A DNA stretch of 63,496 nucleotides, filler included, from Craspedostauros australis (GCA_030167865.1; 10 parts of 10 records of this genome joined end to end with filler, not necessarily neighbours in it); one strand, 5' to 3'. Positions 44,875 to 56,708 are shown, counted from the first letter of the whole stretch. A program made the numbers and translations. The notes: generated by a model from the sequence alone, not told the origin.

Positions 44875-45796
44875 ATGTCAAGCCCCACCGAAGCCGACGA
44901 GGAACTGCCCATCGTGTATGCCAATGCCAAGATCATCCACAACGAGGAAGACCCTGAGTCACAAGCAGCAGTACAAGCAGAACCAGAACCAGCAGAAGTA
45001 ACAGAAGCAGCACCAACAACAGAACCAGAACCAACAACAGAAGCAGAAGTAGCAACAGAGGCAGCAGAAGAGACGCAAGATGCTGCTGCTGCGACAGAAG
45101 AGTCCGCGAACAACGCGCAATCCTCCCCCGAAGTCCCCGAGGTGGTGGCAGAGGCGCTCCTCGTCCAGCAGGACAGCCTGGCCTCCGAGACCCCCCTCGC
45201 CACCATATCGCCCATCGAACACAACAACAACGACGAAGCCCTGACGCACGCCGTCATGTCCGCCATCGAGATGGTCGACTTCGATGATGACAACGAACTA
45301 TTCGACGGCTACGGCGATCCCGAATATCTGCAACGCCGAAAACGAGCCCGCAACCTGCTTTGCATCTTGTTCTGCGGTATTTGTATGTTTGTGTTCTTGT
45401 CCATCCTCTTCACCATGTTGCATATCGGCACCTTGGGAAGTTACCAACCAACTCGGTGACGATTTCCCTGACGTATTGACGCCACCGCCGACGGCGTCGC
45501 CGTTCGACTACACCTACCTCTTCGACGCCGACGAGGCCGTGCCGTTTTGGAACGCAACGATGACGGAGATGTACCGCGGCATGTGGGACGAAGTTTGGTG
45601 TGAGCAGAATTGCCGTGGAGAGGGGCGACCGATGGTGGGATACGTCTACATCTTTGTCGGCGACGTCTACGATGTGACGAATTGCGTTTGTTATTACGAT
45701 GCCATGCCAACCTGCTTGCAGCGGCAACCCCGGATCCTGAATCAACCATCGGTGATGCGGTCGTCCGAGCCGATACCGAATGTGACGTGTTCATGA
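44875..45796 (+). CDS. Single-pass membrane protein (acidic E/P/T/A N-terminus, TM, small Cys domain), split by an apparent frameshift near 45440-45460
   Basis: ORF 44875-45459 encodes RRKRAR plus a TM helix. A second frame continues GDDFPDVLTPPPTASPFDY...WCEQNC...NCVCY...CS* with coding-like composition. Confidence 0.6.
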
Positions 45797-46203
45797 TGTG
45801 GTGGAGACGCGCCGCTTTGGAGTTTTGTGAGGATCGACCGCAGCGCAGTCAAAATAGCAGCAGTTGCGCATGCTTGATTGCCAACTTCGATCACCTTGTC
45901 TTCTTGCGAACTTTGGGATCGTTGACATGGCCGAACGTCGTGCAATGAGATATCATCAGATGGAAACTATGTTACGAGAGCGCAACGATGCGATGACTCC
46001 TGAGGGTTATGCAAATGGGATCAATCTGGTGGCAGTCTCACAAGCATGTACATACTGCGCGCAGCCAAAGCATGAACGTTTTGTGGGTAAAACACAATGT
46101 ACTCTTGCATTTGAGTGCTGTGTTGATTTTCTTCCCGCAATAGTCTATTACCCTATACTACTCCGCATTTCACTGTTAGTGTTAGTGTTAGTGTTGTGGT
46201 TGT

Positions 46204-47358
46204 TCACGTCTGCCTCCAATCTTTCCACGTCTTCATGTAGGGCCGAATGGCATCACCCGACCGCTTCCACATGTGCGTCATCAAGATCTCTTCATCGAAA
46301 CATAGATGCAGATCGCGATCATGCAACACGTCCTGCAACGTCGCAAAGTACGTCTCGAGAACGCGCATCCACGCCGCGCGCGTCCCCAACATGACGCCGG
46401 CACGAAATCGGATCTTGCTGTGATTCCACGTCGTGATGCTGGGTCGGAAGTAGACGACGTCGCCCTGGATCGTGCGGTGGTAGACGCCGTGCAGAAGTTG
46501 CGTGGCCAACGCGCCGTCCATCCAGGCGAAGTAGGTTTTGTCGCAGTGATCGTGCAGCGTCTGATTGACGAGATGCATTTTGGAGATCCAAATGGAGATG
46601 ACGTTGATCCAGTGGCGCAGCGGGTCGGCTCGTGGCAATATGGATGGAACGATGGCATGGTCGCCACGTAGTTGCATGGCGCGTTGCAACAATCGCGAAT
46701 GTTGCAGCGCTTTGTCCATCTTGCCGAACGACGTCAAGTTCTGGTGTTGGCAATGATCCAGCACGAGCCTGCGGGCTTCGTCGTAGCGCAGATCCTCGAG
46801 TGGTGTGTACTTGAAGTGGATGGGCGACTCTTTGCGCACGTATTCCCCAAGGATGGCTTCAAATGGATCGCTGGTTGCCGCTCCTTGCATCGTTGCATGC
46901 GTATCGACGTTGGTATGGTACAAGATGACGGTCTTGCGGTTGGTCGACCACCGATGAAAGAACTTGAGGGTCTTGGACACATCGTTGGTGAATTGCTGCA
47001 CATCGTTCTTGACGTTCAATGGGATCTTCCAATATCCCGACGTGATCACGAGATCGTCCATGATGCTGTCGATGCGGACGCTCTCGTTCCGTTTGGTGCG
47101 GTTCGTGGAGGGGCATACTCGTATGTTTGGCTGCGTATAGTGCACATCATTGTCGTTGGCACTGGCATGGCCGTCTGCGGATGATGCGACTGCCATGACA
47201 TCCGCCTCAGTCTGGACTTGCATGCGAATCTGAGTGGATTGCAAAGAGACGGCATTCATCTGCTTCACGATCATCACCGCGGCGAAGATGACGATGCAGC
47301 AGAAGTACAGGAAACCATGATGGCATCGTCGACCTGATGCCTTTCGTTGTTGCGTCAT
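46204..47358 (-). CDS. Type II membrane protein, HtrL/YibB-like putative glycosyltransferase
   Basis: N-terminal TM anchor; motifs VITSGYW, IWISKMHLV, YFAWMDG, GVMLGTRAAW and FDEEILMT recall HtrL/YibB. The ATG is at the contig edge. Confidence 0.6.
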   Translation of the reverse strand: MTQQRKASGRRCHHGFLYFCCIVIFAAVMIVKQMNAVSLQSTQIRMQVQTEADVMAVASSADGHASANDNDVHYTQPNIRVCPSTNRTKRNESVRIDSIMDDLVITSGYWKIPLNVKNDVQQFTNDVSKTLKFFHRWSTNRKTVILYHTNVDTHATMQGAATSDPFEAILGEYVRKESPIHFKYTPLEDLRYDEARRLVLDHCQHQNLTSFGKMDKALQHSRLLQRAMQLRGDHAIVPSILPRADPLRHWINVISIWISKMHLVNQTLHDHCDKTYFAWMDGALATQLLHGVYHRTIQGDVVYFRPSITTWNHSKIRFRAGVMLGTRAAWMRVLETYFATLQDVLHDRDLHLCFDEEILMTHMWKRSGDAIRPYMKTWKDWRQT

Positions 47359-47359
47359 G

Positions 47360-47459
47360 NNNNNNNNNNNNNNNNNNNNNNNNNNNNNNNNNNNNNNNNN
47401 NNNTTAATTAATTAANNNNNNNNNNNNNNNNNNNNNNNNNNNNNNNNNNNNNNNNNNNN
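47360..47459. other. Artificial contig spacer
   Basis: N44-TTAATTAATTAA-N44. Confidence 0.98.
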
Positions 47460-48460
47460 ATGTCACCCAGGATATCAGACAGAAGCTGCGCCCTTGCCTC
47501 GGCCATGCAAAGCGGAGCCCAAGCCGCGATGTAATGGCGGTGGTTGATGAAGGTATCAGGCAGTGGTTTCTTCTTGCTTCTGGCCAGTTGCTGCGAAACA
47601 TCGTCGTCTGCGCCAGGAGCATTAGTAGAACCGTCCAAGGTGCCTTTTCTGTTGTCGTTCTTCGTTCCTTTCTGTTGCTGACCGTTCGGATGCTGTTGCT
47701 CCTTCTGCTGATCAGCGAGGTCAGTCACGAAGTTCCATTCTCGGATGCTCTTCCAAAAGTCATCCGGCAAGGTGCTCGTAGCGAAGGAAGCGGATGATAT
47801 GCCATCCTCGCTCATCATGCCGGACAGTCTTGTGCCGCTGCCGATGGTGCTGACGAGCGATGCAAGGCGGGTCATGCTCCCCTTTTTGCTGGCTTCAGTC
47901 GCGGCCGTGGCCACTCCCGTACCGCCACCGCTACTCGATATCTTTGGGACTCGGCCCGTACTACCTGATGCCGTTGCGTTGGCTCGCGCTGCGGCTAGAA
48001 TGCCATGGGCCGATGGTGGAGCCGAAGATGACGCTAACGATTGGCCTGGTTGTTTGGCTCGGTTCGGTCGCTTCAGGGATGGGCGCTTCGTTGGCGGTTC
48101 ATTCTTGGTTCCCTGTGGCTGCACCGGGTCGATCATGATGATCTTCGCCGCAGGTCTGCCCGGACTTAGCTTCTGTCGAGGTCGCTTCAAGGCCGGTTTC
48201 TGGTTTGTACTAAGCACCTGCGAGGTGGAAGAAGAGGAGGCGGTTGCTGGTGCTGGTGCTGATGCTGGTGTTGATATCCGTTTGGTCAGAGTCAAGCCAC
48301 CAGCTTTGACCTTTTGGACCGCCGATGGATTCGATGGATTGCTCTTGGCAGCGGAGTTGGTTGGCGTACCAATAGAAGAGGGCTTCTTCATCATCGCAGC
48401 CAACCGGCGTTGCTTCTCAAAGATGCCCAACTCCTTTTGGGATGGATTGGACGATGGCAT
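47460..48460 (-). CDS. N-terminal part of a Sen1/senataxin/MAA3-like SF1 helicase (truncated by the gap)
   Basis: Disordered basic N-terminus, then DDFWKSIREWNF...LPDTFINHRHYIAAWAPLCMAEARAQLLS, the segment that precedes the helicase core in Sen1-like proteins. The helicase motifs themselves are not present. Confidence 0.65.
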
Positions 48461-50221
48461 GATTGCTGGATAGTGTTGATCGTTGTTGCTGAGAGTACAA
48501 TAGGGCCGAGTGTTACATACGTATTGGGTGTTGCGAGCGGAATCGTTGGTGAGTTGTCGTCGAACCGATGGCATGAGTGTTCACATGCGTGCGAGTTTGC
48601 ATACATACAAGCATGTGTACGAGTATGTGCGGTACGTATGGTATGCAGGCACAGGAAAGATTGGTCAGCGTCCTCTGTCTCTCTCTCTGGAGTAGCGTGC
48701 GTACGAGTATCAGCATTGGCAGTGTCAAAATGCTTGATAACATGAGCATGCATACAGTACGAGTACTCGCTGAAGTGCGAGCACAGTTACGAATAGCATG
48801 CCTTGTGGGGAGTATGCCCGATGCCACCACCATGAATGATGCAAGGCAAGATAGACGCTAGATGAAGCTGGGAGGAATGGAGCTGTGCTATCGAGATCGA
48901 CTTGAGCATGAGGATGCGCACAACGAGGTGAATGCGCCATATGTTATATAATGGTATAATACATACGAATCAACGCCGATGATGATCGGCGATCGCCCGT
49001 CGCAAACGTGATTGTGAACACAAAGCCGGGCACGAGCCTGTGATGAGAGGTCCTTGCGTCATTCCAACCAGTCATCATTGCAGCTCCTGGTTCTTCTTCC
49101 TCTGGCCTCCGCATCCAAGCACATCAGGGCCGCCAGACTGCGGACGATGCCAACATAAAAGACTTCGCGCAAGCAGAAACACTGGGAGTCACAACAACTG
49201 AGGGAATCGCAGGTGGAGGTTGCTGCGCATCATGTAGGAGTGCGGCGTGGTAGCCCATGAAGACCGAACAAGCTCCGACCTTCCATCCAGTGCACAACCA
49301 CCAAGGTCTACCAAAGGAAGGCGTGGACAGACAAGCCACGAACGACAAGAGACGCAGACAGCAACGCCAGCACGAGGAAAGGCACACGGTGTAAACATAC
49401 GCATGTCCGGACGCCCATGCATCCATCCATCCATCCATGCAGCCACTCACTCACTCACTCACATGCATGTCCGAGATGGAATCCCAACAGACAATTGTGG
49501 GCTCGTTACTCACCACCGAAATGTGTAAAACTCGCGCCAAGTGTTGCCGCTCTGTTCTACTCTGCTCTGCACTGAATCGCCAACAAAACCGATCGTTCCG
49601 ATGAAAAGAAAGACACAAACAACGGATGATGCTGGAAACGACGCATTCGATGACACCTGTGCAGAGATCGAGGCAGCAGCCAGATGGATGAATGTATGGG
49701 CTGATTGGTGGCTGGATAGATTCGATGGCTTTGCGGATTTTTGGCGTCTTTGTAGTGTTTCTCTGCGCGGTCAATCGTGGAGTGTCTTTCGAATCTGTGT
49801 TTGCGGTTGTTGGTGGTGGTGGTGGTCGTGGTGGGCGGCGCGGGTGGCAGTTCGTCCTTCCACGCTTTCTGTTGTTCCTGTTGTTTCTGTTGGCGACTTT
49901 TTCTTCCATTCGTTGGTGGCTCGATGTAGTCGATTATCGACCACATTGATCATGTCTTGTGACGTGACACGAACTTCGTGATTCAGCTTCAACAATCCAG
50001 AAACACGATTCAACAAGTGTCGGTCATCTTTTTGGTTTTCTGAATCTGCCGAAGCTGACTTCTTCCACACATGTCGCCCATGGTTGAAAGCACTGCCTGG
50101 AGACGATGATGCCACTCAAGACATCAAGTCACGAAATCCGCAGTCGATCATCCAAGGTCATCCAAGGTCATCACAACACACATGCGCACACACGCATACA
50201 CATGCACACATACGCACACCG

Positions 50222-52192
50222 ATGGCTGACGGCTCTGAACACAGGACGAGTACGAGCACCGATGCCAAACATGCGGAGAACACCACATGGAGTTTCTTCT
50301 ATGAACCTGCAACTTCCTCCATCAACGCAAGGAGAGTTGATGTGAGCAAAGCAAACGGTGCAGTTGCCACCGCAGCGAACAGGAATGCACAAAGCCAAAT
50401 GCGCAGATACAATGATGCAGGTGTTTCTCCCAAGCAACCAAAAGGAAGGCGCTGTTGTCGCATTGGACTGAGAACACTCGGTCTCGTCTTTTCGATTGTG
50501 ATCTTCTGCTGGTTGATCCTCACGTGCATGCTGGCCACGGCGCTGAGCAAGGCAGGAGCTGATCCGAACCAAAAGCACCCGTTGTTGCCATCGACCGGTG
50601 ATGTGTTGGTCGGCACGGATGCAGTCAGTCAGTCCTCCTATCTGATGACGCAGAAACCTGAGGCAGCCAATGCATCGCATCCATTCGAATCAATGGAAAG
50701 GGGAGCAACACAAGCAATAGAAGCAACACAAGCAACGGTTGGCAGAGCACAGCACGGTACGGAACAGCAGGTACAGATCGCCCGTTCCCTGGAATCTTCC
50801 TCAGCTCGGTACTTTGTCTACAATCGATCCGACTTTTCAGTGCTGCGCAAAGGCAGCCCTCACTATCAGGGCCATCGCATCGGCGCCCCCATGTTTGTCC
50901 AACGATACGGTGATGACAACCGATCCGATGAGGACATGCTCGTTGCGTTGGAACGCCACCCATTGCGAACGTACGATCCGGAACAAGCCCAGGTCTTCAT
51001 CATCTCTTTCCTTCCGGGCCAAATCCTCACGTGGCAGCCAGGCAAGATGAAGCTGTCCAAGCAGGTGCAGGAATGGTACGACAAGCATCAGGATGGACGT
51101 GGCGATGGTCACAGCCCCGCCGCCAGCTTTGGTGGATTGCCCACCGTCGATCTGTTCGAGCTCACCTTCCGCGAGCTTCTGGCGCATCCCATATACAGCC
51201 AGTACAAGCACAGGCACAACCACGTCTTGCTATCAACAGCGTTGGTCACTTTCCACCATGGAGATGTGGGCAAGGTTCGTGCATTGGCGCGATGGTACAA
51301 CGACCTGCAGAACATCACCGTTGCGATGTCTTTTGATGTGCGTGCCATGTGGGAGGCACATGGGAACGGCGTGCTGGCAGGCAACGACTACGAGACCATG
51401 GCTGGACCCATGACACCGGTGACGCGATCGTCTTTCTCACTCGGGTTGGGATGCCAGTCAAGCTGTGGGCTTGATCTGATCCCAGCAAGCATGCAACGAT
51501 TCGATACGGCGAAGTATCACATATTCTACCAGACACGAACGACTGGATCCTTGTACAACTCCACCATCTATCGACATGCTCCGTTGACGCACACCAACCT
51601 TACTCAACAGCTGTATCCACGTGCGCAAGATGGTAACGGCAACATGGACAACATACGCAATATGCACAACAGCAGAGAGATCAACGGCCGCGATGCCAAC
51701 GCGCAAGATAATTGCATGGGATACGGATTGCCCAACCGACGGATCTGGAAGGACAGGTTCTCATCGTCTCAGTTCTGCTTGGTCATCCGTGGTGACACAC
51801 CCCACTCCCATTCTCTAATCCGCAGCATGCGGGTGGGCTGCATCCCCGTCATCATCAGCGATTGGTACCCAACCTTCTCACCGACACTCAAGACGAGCCT
51901 GCCAAACATGGAGGCATTCGCGGTCTTCATTCGGGAGAAGGACTTCGTTCAGGATCCGCAAGGCACTTTGCAGGCCCTCCGTGAGTTGCCGCGTGCTTAT
52001 ATCGAAGAGAAGATTGCAAATCTCCGCATAGCGCAGCGCATCGTGTTTGCGGATCATGAGCAGAGCCTGTTCGTCCCTGCGTTTGTGACGGAAGCGTTAG
52101 CAGCAATGGAAGATGCCAAGACACTGCACAGAGATGAGGGAGGTGATGGTGCTGATGTTGATGTTGGTGGTGGTGGCGGTGGTGGTAGTTGA
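50222..52192 (+). CDS. Exostosin family glycosyltransferase (GT47)
   Basis: Type II TM anchor; HPLRTYDPEQAQVFII and SQFCLVIRGDTPHSHSLIRSMRVGCIPVIISD. Confidence 0.92.
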   Translation: MADGSEHRTSTSTDAKHAENTTWSFFYEPATSSINARRVDVSKANGAVATAANRNAQSQMRRYNDAGVSPKQPKGRRCCRIGLRTLGLVFSIVIFCWLILTCMLATALSKAGADPNQKHPLLPSTGDVLVGTDAVSQSSYLMTQKPEAANASHPFESMERGATQAIEATQATVGRAQHGTEQQVQIARSLESSSARYFVYNRSDFSVLRKGSPHYQGHRIGAPMFVQRYGDDNRSDEDMLVALERHPLRTYDPEQAQVFIISFLPGQILTWQPGKMKLSKQVQEWYDKHQDGRGDGHSPAASFGGLPTVDLFELTFRELLAHPIYSQYKHRHNHVLLSTALVTFHHGDVGKVRALARWYNDLQNITVAMSFDVRAMWEAHGNGVLAGNDYETMAGPMTPVTRSSFSLGLGCQSSCGLDLIPASMQRFDTAKYHIFYQTRTTGSLYNSTIYRHAPLTHTNLTQQLYPRAQDGNGNMDNIRNMHNSREINGRDANAQDNCMGYGLPNRRIWKDRFSSSQFCLVIRGDTPHSHSLIRSMRVGCIPVIISDWYPTFSPTLKTSLPNMEAFAVFIREKDFVQDPQGTLQALRELPRAYIEEKIANLRIAQRIVFADHEQSLFVPAFVTEALAAMEDAKTLHRDEGGDGADVDVGGGGGGGS

Positions 52193-52690
52193 ACAAACAG
52201 AGTAACTCCGCGGTAGACCATTCGACACCCACGCATGAGCGAGAAACATTTCATTGATGGGTCTTGATGTGTATAATAGAATACCATAGAATACTAAAGG
52301 TGCTGAGACGTAGCTATGTGGGTGAAGGTACAGGGACTCTGCCCTGGCCCACTCTGCTCTATTCATAATAGTATTATGTACGCGTAGCACGTTCTACAGC
52401 GACATGGAAACTTGATGACGAAGATCCATGTGGCGAACGTCAGACAGACGTGCCACGAGTCAGCCTTGAACAAAGATTTTCGATCGTCACAAAACAAATC
52501 CTCTCCACAATTTCACACGTTGGGGTCTCAAGAAACAGTCGCTCGAAACACGAAAGCAACCGCAACCATCCAACGAGCGCCACCTCCATCTGTTCAGTAA
52601 CAACAGCCAAAGAAAGCGACGAACAAGGATCATATCTCAGGATTGCCACAATCTCACCATACCATACCATACCATACCGTACCTACAACT

Positions 52691-53368
52691 ATGTCGAACG
52701 AAACAGCGAAAGACGCGGACCGATTCACCGAGGAGATGCGAGTTGCAGCCGGCGAAGAATGGGAGAAAGTTGTCAATCACAAGTTCACCAACGAAATCGC
52801 TGCCGGAACCATCGACAATGACGTGCTGAAGCGCTACCTGATTCAGGACTTTCGCTTCCTCGATGCGGGCGTCCAACTTCTTTGCAGCGTCATTGCCAAG
52901 GCCCGGTCCCTCGACGATCGCATCCCGCTGTGCCAGTACGCAGCACTCCTCACGTCCAAGGAGGCCACCTACTTCCAACGTTGCTTTGACGAACTTGGAG
53001 TGTCCGACGAAGAGCGCGATAACACCCCCAGCTCTGAGTGCACCATCGCCTTCATCAATTTGCTGAAAGAGACCGCTCACAACGGGACGTTGATCGAGAT
53101 CCTCGCTGTCATCACCGTGTGCGAGTGGACCTACATGAGCTGGGGCGTTCGCGTGTTGGGTGGCACCGTGCGAGAACGCTTCGAGTGCTTCGAGTGGGTG
53201 GACTTGCACTCAGGGGACTATTTCGAAAGCGTCGTCAACCACATGCGTTACATGTTGGACAAGGAAGGTGTGACAGAGGGTGCGGACGCAAAGAAGGCTG
53301 CAGCCAAAAAGTTCATGGAAGCTGTCCAGTTCGAAAAGGAGTTCTTCGACTCTGCTTACGATGCCTGA
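52691..53368 (+). CDS. tenA: TenA/THI-4 family protein (TenA_E-like, thiamine pyrimidine salvage)
   Basis: NHKFTNEIAAGTI...RYLIQDFRFLD...VCEWTYMSWG...EWVDLH...FEKEFFDSAY. Intronless. Confidence 0.9.
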   Translation: MSNETAKDADRFTEEMRVAAGEEWEKVVNHKFTNEIAAGTIDNDVLKRYLIQDFRFLDAGVQLLCSVIAKARSLDDRIPLCQYAALLTSKEATYFQRCFDELGVSDEERDNTPSSECTIAFINLLKETAHNGTLIEILAVITVCEWTYMSWGVRVLGGTVRERFECFEWVDLHSGDYFESVVNHMRYMLDKEGVTEGADAKKAAAKKFMEAVQFEKEFFDSAYDA

Positions 53369-53926
53369 ATTAGGCAGGACTAGGAGCTTTGTGGGCACCA
53401 ATGCTCACCACTTACAAGAGAGAGGACACTGAGCGAAGCACAAGGCACAATCAGGAGGCTCAGCAAAGGCGCGCCACGGACCACACCGCAGGGAACGATT
53501 CAACAACGGTTTCTTTTTACACCAAGCCTGTCATCACGCCATACAACTTACGAGCCCCCCGAGTGAGTCGACCACTCGTTTGAAACGGGCATTCTAACTT
53601 TTCATCTTCGATATCCAAACCAAGCACATATTCGTAATCCTTATAATCTTNTTACAAATAATTAACCGATCGATTTTTGATGTATATCCTGTTTTAAGTT
53701 TTATGGATCGATCTATATGTTCATTCTAGTCGCGTGGGTCCAACAGCACAAAACCCGTTGTTATTGGCAGAAGGTTCGATGATGTTCTCATTTATTTATC
53801 GTGAGGTGATCAGTCACGGACTTGCTTCCGAAGGTGCCGGTGGTTTGGTACGCGTTAATTACACGTTAGCATGTGGCACCTGATTCCGCATTCTGCTCGT
53901 CACAAAACACATGACACAAAACACAT

Positions 53927-54026
53927 NNNNNNNNNNNNNNNNNNNNNNNNNNNNNNNNNNNNNNNNNNNNTTAATTAATTAANNNNNNNNNNNNNNNNNN
54001 NNNNNNNNNNNNNNNNNNNNNNNNNN
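53927..54026. other. Artificial contig spacer
   Basis: N44-TTAATTAATTAA-N44. Confidence 0.98.
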
Positions 54027-56522
54027 GTCCTGTGATCTTGTTGCCCTGCAAAGAAAGCTCCACCAACAATGACAAGCGCCCGAGCTCTGACGGAATCCCC
54101 TCCTTGATGTGGTTGAAACTGAGATCAAGAATCACGAGACTTGAAAGGTCTCCGTATTCTGTCGGGATCGTGCTGGTGATTGCGTTCGAGGAGAAGTTGA
54201 TCTCCTCAAGCAGAGACAGTTTTCCAATTTCGGTGGGAAAATGCCCGAAGATGTAATTGTTAGAGACTTCCAAAATGGTCAGGTGTTCCAGAAGAGCGAT
54301 CTCCGAGGGGAACGGATCAGCGTTCACGCCAACCGCCGAAAGCATGACGGAAGTGACGAACCCTTCGTCGTTGCACCTCACACCCTTGTCGTTGTCCCAC
54401 CATTCACAAGCGGACGAAGCTGATAGAAACGGCGCGGTCGTATTCCAAAGATCGCTGCTAGCTGTGGCATAGTAGAGCACAGCCAGAGCGTATCGCTCCA
54501 CGACCACCTCATGCGCCGTGTTGGCGAGATCCAGATCTGAGCTGTCGACGTTCCCCAACCAGTAGAGAGCACGGTATTGCGGGCTTTCGAAGTCATGGAA
54601 TACGGAAGGATCTGTAGTTATCGGCTCGCCCTGTAGGGATGGTTCCAAGATGGTACGTATATCGCCCATCTTTCCGAAACTCAATATGGGGCACTCTGTC
54701 TCAAGGATGCAGCAGCCGCCTTCGGCGTTGCAGCAGTTCGAGCAGCAGCCACACGATGTTTGTGCTGGAATACCACCATCATCAGTGGCAACACAACCCG
54801 AATAGAAGTCAGAAAGGAACGGATGCGATCCTGTGCAAAAGATTGGATTCAGGTTGCCCTCCAACTCGGTTTTCTCGACATGAAGACTCTGCAGGTTGGT
54901 AAGCTGACCCCATTCGGCCGGGACTGTCCCATTGAATCTGTTCTCAAAGATCTGGAGGTTGGTCAGGGCTTGCAGTCTGCCAATGTCGGTGGGCAATGCA
55001 CCCGCCATGGAGTTACTGGAGACATCCAGCGACTCCACCAAATGCAGATTGCCAATCTCGGACGGAAGGCTGCCCGTGAGACCAATCTTGTCCATTCGAA
55101 CTTCCATCAAGTTGGCCAGACGACCGATCTCTGTGGGCATCGGGCCGGACATCTGAAGGAAGGACATCCTGAGTTTCATCAAGTTTGATAACTAATAGAG
55201 CCCAAACGTAATGGCTGTTGTCTTGTTGGCTGTTCTTTAGCTGTAGGCAGAGGCTTGACTGGCAAGCGATCCGGACAAGAGTCTTCTGTTCCACAAGTAG
55301 TCAATTTAGAATACTGGTAGATGGTGAAGAAACGTGCGGATTATGAGATTAGTGCTATGGTTCTTCTCTTCAAGGGGAATCTCCTGTGGTGTCCTGTTTG
55401 ACAATGCGTATGGGTTGTGTAGCCCGAGTACCGTGGGTCGAGATCCGTCGTCTGGGTTCTGTGAGAGACAATGGGCGATGATGCTCGTTGTTGTGGCTTT
55501 GGTTCCGTGCGTCGGCGTTTTGGCGATGGCGGGTGTCAGAAACTTGGTTATCGGAACCCCATTGGCTCCTTGACACGAATTCCGAAGATCCACTTCAAGG
55601 TTCTGGATCTGTCTCCAAACGTGGGTTTCGGCGAAGTGTCCGTTCGATCTACTGGAATGTTGACGAGTCGGATGATTCGTAGTCTCTCTCGCTAAGGTGG
55701 TTACTAGTTTAGCTCTATTAATAACAGACCAATTTCGGTCGGCAACGTTCCAGTGATGATGTTGCCGGTGATGTGCAAGCTGGTGAGCTGTTCGAGGAGG
55801 AAGAGCTCTTTCGGAATGGCGCCAGTCATGAAGTTGGAGTCAATGTGAAGTGTAGTCGCCCTGCCAGCTTCATCGCATGAAATGCCTTTGTCCGCGTTGG
55901 CATCACGCCATTCGCAGACGCTGCTGTTGGTAAGAAAGCTGCATTTGTTCCCCCACTTGTCCTCGCCTCCAGTCGTGTAGTACAGAATGGCAAGTGCGTA
56001 GCGTTCGAGGAGCTCGGATAGAGGAGCGGACATCATGTTAATACCTGCGGCGTCTTGGTTGGCGAGCCAATCCAGTGCTCTGTACTGGACGGTGGATCGA
56101 TCTTCCAAAACCTCGCGACCGGTGTTCGTCGGTTCGTCCTCCAGAGTCTGTGCCAAGCGATTGATCAGCGTGTCAAATTGCATGGTCTGCGGCGTGAAGG
56201 TTGGACTAGATGACGCGATGGGTGCTCCTGTCGGTACCGATGCCCCCAGGGATTTATCATCGGCGCCAGAAGAACTGTTGGATTTGCGACCTAACAGAGC
56301 AACGCCGATTCCAGCGCCGATGCCTGCCAAGACCAAAGCGATGACAACGCCCAGCCATGACCTACGCCTGCTGTTCCTGTTGCGACTGCTGGAATTGCTA
56401 TTTTGATCGTCTTTCGTCGTTTCGACAGCTTCGGCGGCCACAACTGCGCCAGTCGCGACCGTGGCGCCGTCATGGCGAGCTTGCTCCAAACGCATGTGTT
56501 CGGAAAATTCTTTTTCGAGACG
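54027..56522 (-). pseudogene. Diatom-type membrane-anchored LRR protein with two tandem cap-LRR-Cys modules, disrupted by an insertion at 55193-55720
   Basis: TM helix, QYRAL.WL...ERYALA.LYY cap twice, plant-type LRRs (GxLPxEIGxL) and CGCCSNCC. Removing the insertion and one TSD restores TEIGLLSNLMKLRMS in frame. Confidence 0.85.
55193..55720. mobile_element. 528-bp non-coding insertion with terminal inverted repeats and a 5-bp TSD (MITE or non-canonical solo LTR)
   Basis: ATAAC (55188-55192) | TAATAGAGCCCAAAC...GTTTAGCTCTATTA | ATAAC (55721-55725). Confidence 0.9.
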
Positions 56523-56708
56523 TTAGTTGAGATTCAATGAGGGACAGACTATTACCGAACACGGTATCAACCTGATGGGAGAAATTCTTGTTTTGGCGCG
56601 AAATCTTCCGACTTGATCGACCACCAAATCTTTTTCTCCTCCTTTCTCTCCTCCATTCACGAATCCATCATGACTCAAACATGACCGACCTGACTCACAC
56701 CCCACCTT
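56523..56708 (-). mobile_element. Possible 3' LTR (56699 to about 56523) with PPT (56708-56700) truncating the LRR gene 5' end
   Basis: Minus strand reads AAGGTGGGG|TGTGAG...TCTCAACTA, abutting a stop that cuts the LRR frame (*RLEKEFSEHMRL). The end is not a canonical CA. Confidence 0.35.

Noticed and set aside
49451..50115. Short minus-strand ORFs between the helicase and GT47 genes
   Set aside because: Low-complexity, microsatellite-rich, mostly non-ATG starts and no recognisable motifs.
52295..52360. GGTGCTGAGA upstream of tenA (and GGTGCC...GGCACCTGAT at about 53833-53884) as a TPP riboswitch
   Set aside because: Neither site has the full ordered aptamer (P2/P3, CUGAGA, CCUGAU...UAAU...GCG.AGG); only short fragments match.
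12229..52680. Scattered microsatellites (GCGTAG, TCACTCTG, GCT, GA, CCATA, GTGTTA)
   Set aside because: Common simple repeats throughout this genome, with no spacer structure or evident function.
55188..55725. The insertion as an Introner-type spliceable element
   Set aside because: The GT and TAG available at the junctions on the coding strand do not give an in-frame product.
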